Of a DNA stretch of 29,540 bases, positions 24,663-29,540 are shown piece after piece (the stretch's first letter is position 1; every line of letters begins with the position of its first letter). A program made the translations under genes and the position numbers. The DNA lies in contig JAWCPB010000011.1 in NCBI GenBank assembly GCA_038870455.1, positions 1 through 29,540 on the forward strand, written 5' to 3'. Below the pieces are notes generated by a model that worked only from the letters and a program-made list of their open reading frames with translations, was not told where the DNA came from and did no database searches. Source of the stretch: Candidatus Micrarchaeia archaeon (GTDB taxonomy: Archaea; Micrarchaeota; Micrarchaeia; Burarchaeales; JACRGF01).

Positions 24663-26285
24663 ATGGCCATGACGCGCCTGTCGAAAGTTTTTGTCTTCCT
24701 CGCGTTTTTCTCGGCAGCCGTTTTTTCCGCGGGCACGAAATGGAGCTATGCGACAAAAGGCTATGTCTCAGGCACTCCGCTGCTCGAGGCTGAGGCTCTT
24801 TTCATCGGCTCGAGCGACGGCTTCCTGTACGCGCTCGACCCCCTCAGGGGCTTCGAGAACTGGAAGTTCGAGACGGGCGGCCCCATCCTCGGCGACCCCA
24901 TCTTCATCAACGGCCTCATAGTGTTCGGCTCTGCGGACAAGAACATTTACGCGCTCGACCCGGCATCTGGCCAAGTCGCCTGGAGGTTTTCGGCAAAAGC
25001 CCCCATCCTCTCCACGCCCTCCGCTGGCTTCGGCAACATTTACTTCGGCGACGCAAACGGCACGGTGTACGCTGTGGGCGTGGACAAGGGACAGTTGGCC
25101 TGGAGCTACGCCACGGCCGGCCCGATTGAAAGCCGCCCGGCGCTCTTCGGGGGCAAGGTGTTCGTGGCCTCGGGCGACAGGTTCCTGTACGCCCTGAACG
25201 CCACGACGGGAGAGAAGGTGTGGGCTTTCGGCGCGCCTGTGGGGCTGTGGCGCTCCTCCCCCACCGCTTTCAACAACCTTGTTTTCTTCGGCGCGCCGAA
25301 CGGGAACGTGTACGCCGTCAACGCCGAGACGGGCGCGAACGCCTGGGTCTTCCAGACTAACGGCTGGGTGCTCTCCTCCCCGCGCGTCATAGACGGCGTT
25401 CTCTACGTGGGCTCGAACGACGGCAGCCTGTACGCGCTCGAGCCCGCCTCCGGCAAGCTCCTCTGGAAGTTCGAGACGGGCGAGGCCGTCCAAGGAAGCG
25501 TGAGCGGGACGGGCGAAACGGTCTATTTCGGCTCTAACGACGGCCGCGTGTACGCGCTCAGCGCCAAGAACGGCTCGCTGCGGTGGTCTTTCGAAATCGG
25601 CGACTGGGTGCAGAGCGCGCCCGTGGTCCACGGGAACTACGTCTACGTCGGCTCTTACGACGGAAAGGTGTATGGCCTTTCCTCGCTCTCGTGCTCCTTC
25701 ACCTCGCCGGACAGCGGCACGGTCGTGTTCGAGCCCGTGGTCAACATCACCGGAATGGCGCTCTCGGACTCGGGCGTGCTCGCTGTGCAGGTGCGCGTGG
25801 GCGACACCGGCGCGTGGCAGACTGCCCGCGGCACTGCCGACTGGACCTTTCCGCTCTCTGCCTCAGCGCTTCCCCTCGGTAACTTCACCGTGTATTGCCG
25901 CGCGGTCGATGCCGCGCGCGCCGAGGAGCCTCCTCCCTATGCCAGGCTGCTGCTTTCGCGCAGCAACACCCCACCGCGCATGGTCGTCACCTATCCGCCG
26001 GACGTGATGCTCGGCCAGTCGTTTGCCATCGTCGTGAGGGACGACAAGGGAAAGCCCCTCGACCAGGTTACGATAACGATTAACGACCTGACTTTCACTG
26101 GCATCAACGGAAGCAGGGAATTCACCGCGCCATACGAGGGCCAGCTGAAGGTCACCGTGGCGCGCGTTGGTTTCGCGAGCGAAACATTCGCCATCACGGC
26201 CTCGCGCGACCTCGGCTGGCTCTACATCGGCGGAGGCGTCGTGCTCGCCCTGCTCGCCGCGGCCTACTTCTTCAGGCGGAGATAG
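24663..26285 (+). CDS. Secreted, membrane-anchored PQQ-like (BamB-type) beta-propeller repeat protein
   Basis: Signal peptide, then about eight ~40-aa repeats (GS.DG.LYAL...G...W.F), then a beta-rich Ig-like region, a C-terminal TM helix and RRR. Start is 24663 or 24669. Confidence 0.9.
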   Translation: MAMTRLSKVFVFLAFFSAAVFSAGTKWSYATKGYVSGTPLLEAEALFIGSSDGFLYALDPLRGFENWKFETGGPILGDPIFINGLIVFGSADKNIYALDPASGQVAWRFSAKAPILSTPSAGFGNIYFGDANGTVYAVGVDKGQLAWSYATAGPIESRPALFGGKVFVASGDRFLYALNATTGEKVWAFGAPVGLWRSSPTAFNNLVFFGAPNGNVYAVNAETGANAWVFQTNGWVLSSPRVIDGVLYVGSNDGSLYALEPASGKLLWKFETGEAVQGSVSGTGETVYFGSNDGRVYALSAKNGSLRWSFEIGDWVQSAPVVHGNYVYVGSYDGKVYGLSSLSCSFTSPDSGTVVFEPVVNITGMALSDSGVLAVQVRVGDTGAWQTARGTADWTFPLSASALPLGNFTVYCRAVDAARAEEPPPYARLLLSRSNTPPRMVVTYPPDVMLGQSFAIVVRDDKGKPLDQVTITINDLTFTGINGSREFTAPYEGQLKVTVARVGFASETFAITASRDLGWLYIGGGVVLALLAAAYFFRRR

Positions 26286-26329
26286 AAAAGAATAAAACGC
26301 CGCCCCCCCAAATTCTCAATGGCGGTCTG

Positions 26330-26866
26330 ATGGTCGGAGTGTCTTTCGTGAAGGAGAAGGGGCTGACCGAAACGCGCGCCAAAATCCTCACAAGAGCTTT
26401 GGAAAAAATTGATCGGGAGTACGAGGCCGAGCTGTTGCGCGCGAAAAACAAATACCTCGAGCGGTTCAGGCGTCTCGCAAGCCAGTCTCTCCCCGCAGAA
26501 ACAAAGGACAAGTACAAGAAAAATTTTCTGAAACAGTGCAAGAAAGAACTCGAACAAATTGAAACGCGGTACTTCAAAATGGCCAAGGAAGCAATTGATA
26601 AGGAATTCCCCGGCGCAGATCCGGTCAGGCTGGAGGCTGCTTTCCAGAAAGCACCGCGGGGGCTCAAGCACCTGACAAAATGGGGGAAGAAACTGTGGGG
26701 ATCGGTCAAGGAATGGTGGAAAGAACGGGCCGTCAAGAAAGAGTTTAGGGAAACAGAGTTTGACGTAGGCAGGACGGCAGAATCTACTTATGAAGAGATT
26801 CTTCACGAGCTCAGTCAGCTAAGCTGGGCAAATCTCCGGAAGACGACGCCCCAGAAGCTCGTGTGA
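26330..26866 (+). CDS. Hypothetical Lys/Glu-rich helical protein (178 aa)
   Basis: ORF fills the gap on the operon strand and has natural composition. No recognised motif. Confidence 0.7.
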   Translation: MVGVSFVKEKGLTETRAKILTRALEKIDREYEAELLRAKNKYLERFRRLASQSLPAETKDKYKKNFLKQCKKELEQIETRYFKMAKEAIDKEFPGADPVRLEAAFQKAPRGLKHLTKWGKKLWGSVKEWWKERAVKKEFRETEFDVGRTAESTYEEILHELSQLSWANLRKTTPQKLV

Positions 26867-26873
26867 AGCCATC

Positions 26874-26890
26874 GAAAAGATTTAAATTAA
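26874..26890 (+). promoter_or_regulatory. BRE-TATA promoter of rpl1-rpl10-rpl12
   Basis: CGAAAAGATTTAAATTA matches the archaeal BRE plus TATA consensus. Confidence 0.7.
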
Positions 26891-26962
26891 TTTATCGCTA
26901 CAATAACCTCGCTGTTTCTCCCGCAAGCACCAACCCGCTCACGGGCTTGGGAGGGGAGGGGC

Positions 26963-27604
26963 ATGGCAATCTCAAGAGAGCAAATCAACCGTGCACTCGG
27001 CGAAGCCCTCGCGGACAAGGGCAAGCGCAAATTCACACAGAGCCTCGAGTTCATCCTCAACTTCAAGGGAGTGGATTTCGGCAAGCCCGACAAGCGCCTC
27101 AACCTGGAGGTCGCCCTTCCCAACGGCAAGGGCAAGGTCCCGAAGATAGCCGTTTTCGCGGACGGCCAGCTCGCGCTCGATGCAAAAAAAGATGGGGCGG
27201 ACCTCGTACTGGCGGGCGCGGACATTCCGAAGCTCGCGGCGGACAAGCCAAGGCTCAAGCAGCTCATGCGGGACCACGAGTTCCTAGCCGCCCCGCAGCT
27301 CATGATGCAGGTCGGAAAGTCGCTGGGCCAGGCCATGGGGCCCAAGGACAAGCTGCCTAAGCCCGTAATGGGAGGCAAGCTCGGCGAGCTCATTGAAAAA
27401 GCCAGGCGGACCGTAAAGCTGAAGACCAAAGGAAAAAACCTCCCCACAGTCCAGTGCATTGTCGGAAACGAGAATATGCCCGTGGAACAGCTCGCGGAAA
27501 ACATCGAGGCCGTCCTCGAGGCCGTGAAGGCAAAGCTCGGCGGGGAAAACATCGCCAGCGCGTTCGTCAAACTCACGATGGGAAAGCCAGCCAGAATATC
27601 CTGA
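26963..27604 (+). CDS. rpl1: 50S ribosomal protein uL1
   Basis: KRKFTQSLEFILNFK.VD, V.LPNG.GK, GP....P.P and VG.E.M..EQL.EN...KLTMG. Confidence 0.96.
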   Translation: MAISREQINRALGEALADKGKRKFTQSLEFILNFKGVDFGKPDKRLNLEVALPNGKGKVPKIAVFADGQLALDAKKDGADLVLAGADIPKLAADKPRLKQLMRDHEFLAAPQLMMQVGKSLGQAMGPKDKLPKPVMGGKLGELIEKARRTVKLKTKGKNLPTVQCIVGNENMPVEQLAENIEAVLEAVKAKLGGENIASAFVKLTMGKPARIS

Positions 27605-27614
27605 GGTGCGGCGG

Positions 27615-28475
27615 ATGAAGAAACCGGAAAAGGGGGAGAGGAGGAAGGCGAAGGAAAAGACAGTCGCTCTACTCACCCAAGAAATAAAGAAAGCAAAGAC
27701 CATCGGCATAGTGGATCTGCGCGGAGTTCCGGACCGCCAGCTGCAGTCGATGAGGAAAAAGCTGCGCGGCAAGGCAAAGTTCATAGCAGCCAAAAGCAGT
27801 CTGATCAAGCGCGCGCTCCAGGCGGCCGGCAAGGCAGTCGAGCTGTCCCAGGAAATGAAGGGGCCCACGGCCATCATCCTCGCCGACATGGATCCGTTCG
27901 CGCTCTACGGCTTCGTAAAGAAAAACAAGGGAAAGGCAGCCGCCAAGCCCGGCCAGCTCTCCCCATTCGACCTTGTCGTTCCGGCAGGCGAGACCACCCT
28001 AGCGCCGGGCCCTGTGCTGACAGAACTCAAGGCGGCCGGCATCGACGCGCGCATCGCAGGGGGCAAAGTCGTCATAGGCAAGGACAGCGTGGTCGCGAAA
28101 GCCGGAACCAAAATCTCCCCGGGCGCGGCCAAAGCGCTGCAGAAGCTCGGCATCGAGCCATTCGAGGTGGGGCTCAAGATCCCTGCAATCTGGGAAGGCA
28201 TTCTCTACCGCGAGTCGGTGCTCGACATCGATGAGAAAAAGTTCCTCGCCGAGCTCTCCACGGCCTCCTCTGCGGCGTTCAACCTGTCGGTGAAAATCTG
28301 CTACCCGACGAAAGAAAACATCAGAGTTCTCCTTGCAAAGGCCGCGCGCGAGTCGCGTTCCCTCGGCCTAAAGGCAAGGGTTTTCGCCAAAGACACAGTC
28401 CCGTTCCTGCTCGCCCAAGGCGTTGCCGAAGCTCGCGCTCTCGAGAGCAAGGCAAAACCGGAAGCGAGCCAATAA
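27615..28475 (+). CDS. rpl10: 50S ribosomal protein uL10 (acidic protein P0)
   Basis: QLQ.MRKKLRG, AAAKPG...P.D.VVPAG.T...PGP and L.KLGIEP..VGL. GAGGTG RBS. Confidence 0.95.
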   Translation: MKKPEKGERRKAKEKTVALLTQEIKKAKTIGIVDLRGVPDRQLQSMRKKLRGKAKFIAAKSSLIKRALQAAGKAVELSQEMKGPTAIILADMDPFALYGFVKKNKGKAAAKPGQLSPFDLVVPAGETTLAPGPVLTELKAAGIDARIAGGKVVIGKDSVVAKAGTKISPGAAKALQKLGIEPFEVGLKIPAIWEGILYRESVLDIDEKKFLAELSTASSAAFNLSVKICYPTKENIRVLLAKAARESRSLGLKARVFAKDTVPFLLAQGVAEARALESKAKPEASQ

Positions 28476-28496
28476 AACGATTAGGAGGTCGAAACC

Positions 28497-28793
28497 ATGG
28501 AATACATCCACGCAGCGCTGCTGCTCCATGCGGCCAAGAAGGAAATCACCGAGCAGAACGTGTTGCACGTCCTGCAGGCCGCCGGAGTGCAGGCGGATGC
28601 TGCAAAGGCAAAGGCGCTCGTCGCCTCCCTCCAGGGAGTGAACATAGACGAGGCCATAAAACAGGCGGCCCTGCCCGTTGCGGCCGCACCGGCTGCAGCG
28701 CCAGCCCAAGCAGCGCCCAAGAAGGAAGAGAAGAAAGAGGAGAAAAAAAGCGAGGAAGAGGCTGCGGCAGGCCTTGCCAGCCTGTTCGGCTAG
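28497..28793 (+). CDS. rpl12: 50S ribosomal stalk protein P1/aL12
   Basis: [11 protein letters not shown], Ala-rich hinge and [22 protein letters not shown]. Confidence 0.97.
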   Translation: MEYIHAALLLHAAKKEITEQNVLHVLQAAGVQADAAKAKALVASLQGVNIDEAIKQAALPVAAAPAAAPAQAAPKKEEKKEEKKSEEEAAAGLASLFG

Positions 28794-28835
28794 CCGACCG
28801 AAACGCTTTTATACAACCTTCTCTCCTAGCCTTCC

Positions 28836-28970
28836 GCAGGGCTTCCGCAATCCGAAGCCGTGTTTGAGCACGCTAACGAAAACAATAGGAGCGTAGGCGT
28901 GTAGGAGTGGGCACGGACAGAAAGCGCGTTGCTGTGTCTGACTGGAGCACGGCGGACAAAGCCCTGCACC
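28836..28970 (+). ncRNA. Candidate structured non-coding RNA of unknown family
   Basis: BRE-TATA (CGAAACGCTTTTATAC), with the TATA starting 29 nt upstream. A 9-bp terminal stem GCAGGGCTT/AAGCCCTGC encloses further nested helices. Confidence 0.6.
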
Positions 28971-28971
28971 T

Positions 28972-29540
28972 TCAACTTTTTCTCATGAACCTCTCAAGCC
29001 CGTCGAACGCAGCCTCGAGTTCCTCGAGCGGCGGAAGGAATACAAACCGGAAGTGAAGGTGCTCGAGCAGCGAGGAGAAGCCGCTGCCGAACACTGTGAG
29101 CACGCCCGTCTCTTCAAGAAGCTTGTAAACGAATTCCTTGTCGCTTCTCCACCTTCCATTCTCGACTTTTGGAAAAGCATAGAACGCCGCGGCCGGCTTT
29201 ACCAGCGAGATGCCCGGTATCTCGCTCGCCCTCTTGAAAGCGAAATCTCTCCGCTGCTTGAGCCTCGCCATCATGTCCTTCCTATAGCTCTCCGCCCGCG
29301 CGCGCTGCCTGTAAGTCTCGAGCACAGCCCACTGGAACGGGTGGTTCGCCGACAGCCTCATCCTGCACAGCCCAAGAATCCCGTTCTTGAGGTCCTGCGC
29401 ATCATTGTGAAAAGCGACATAACCCATGCGGAAGCCCGTGCAGGCGTATTTTTTCGACCAGCCGTTGAGCGCGATGACCGGCACGTCTTTGGAAACCTCC
29501 CACGGCATTGTGGCGCGGCCCTCGAACTCCATCCCCCTAT
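28972..29540 (-). CDS. PLP-dependent aminotransferase class I/II, 5'-truncated by the window edge
   Basis: NGWSKKYACTGFRMGY (PLP Lys), P.AAFYAFP, GVL.V.GSGF and HFRFVFLP. Confidence 0.92.
   Translation of the reverse strand, partial: RGMEFEGRATMPWEVSKDVPVIALNGWSKKYACTGFRMGYVAFHNDAQDLKNGILGLCRMRLSANHPFQWAVLETYRQRARAESYRKDMMARLKQRRDFAFKRASEIPGISLVKPAAAFYAFPKVENGRWRSDKEFVYKLLEETGVLTVFGSGFSSLLEHLHFRFVFLPPLEELEAAFDGLERFMRKS

Noticed and set aside
24861-25482. DNA repeat TGGAAGTTCGAGACGGGCG occurring twice
   Set aside because: Reflects the protein's beta-propeller blade repeats (WKFETG), not an independent element.
26995-27040. Methanococcus-type uL1 binding site inside the rpl1 coding start
   Set aside because: Only a 4-bp CCCT/AGGG stem can be drawn, and the resemblance is explained by conserved codons.
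28836-28970. tRNA-Leu, 5S rRNA, SRP RNA, RNase P RNA or hammerhead ribozyme
   Set aside because: Lacks GTTCRA, the CCGAAC loop, the SRP helix-8 motif, GAGGAAAGTCC and a CUGANGA core, respectively.

Overview
Archaeal chromosomal segment, judged from the ftsZ-secE-spt5-rpl11...rpl1-rpl10(P0)-rpl12(P1) cluster, dph2, AMP phosphorylase/ribose-1,5-bisphosphate isomerase, and TATA boxes about 29-31 nt before starts. A DPANN/Micrarchaeota-like origin is my inference only. The left end is a tightly packed Fe-S/quinone/redox operon: iscS, an iscU-DUF59 fusion, a PAS-MenA prenyltransferase fusion, and sdhA-sdhB with an HdrB-type CCG anchor. The middle holds salvage and housekeeping genes (suhB, HIT, NMP kinase-dCMP deaminase fusion, DEAD helicase, radical SAM, HD protein, ppsA, dph2, AMP pathway) interspersed with orphan genes, one of them a PI3/4-kinase-like protein. 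The strongest signals outside the ORF track are: (1) a promoter-bearing 5' half of tRNA-Arg(CCG) that stops at the anticodon loop and runs into a hairpin repeat element (9319-9524); (2) a structured RNA of about 132 nt with its own TATA box after rpl12 (28836-28970); (3) a 28-bp direct repeat bracketing the polysaccharide deacetylase gene. No CRISPR array, transposase or integrase was seen. All calls are from reading motifs by eye; no searches were run.
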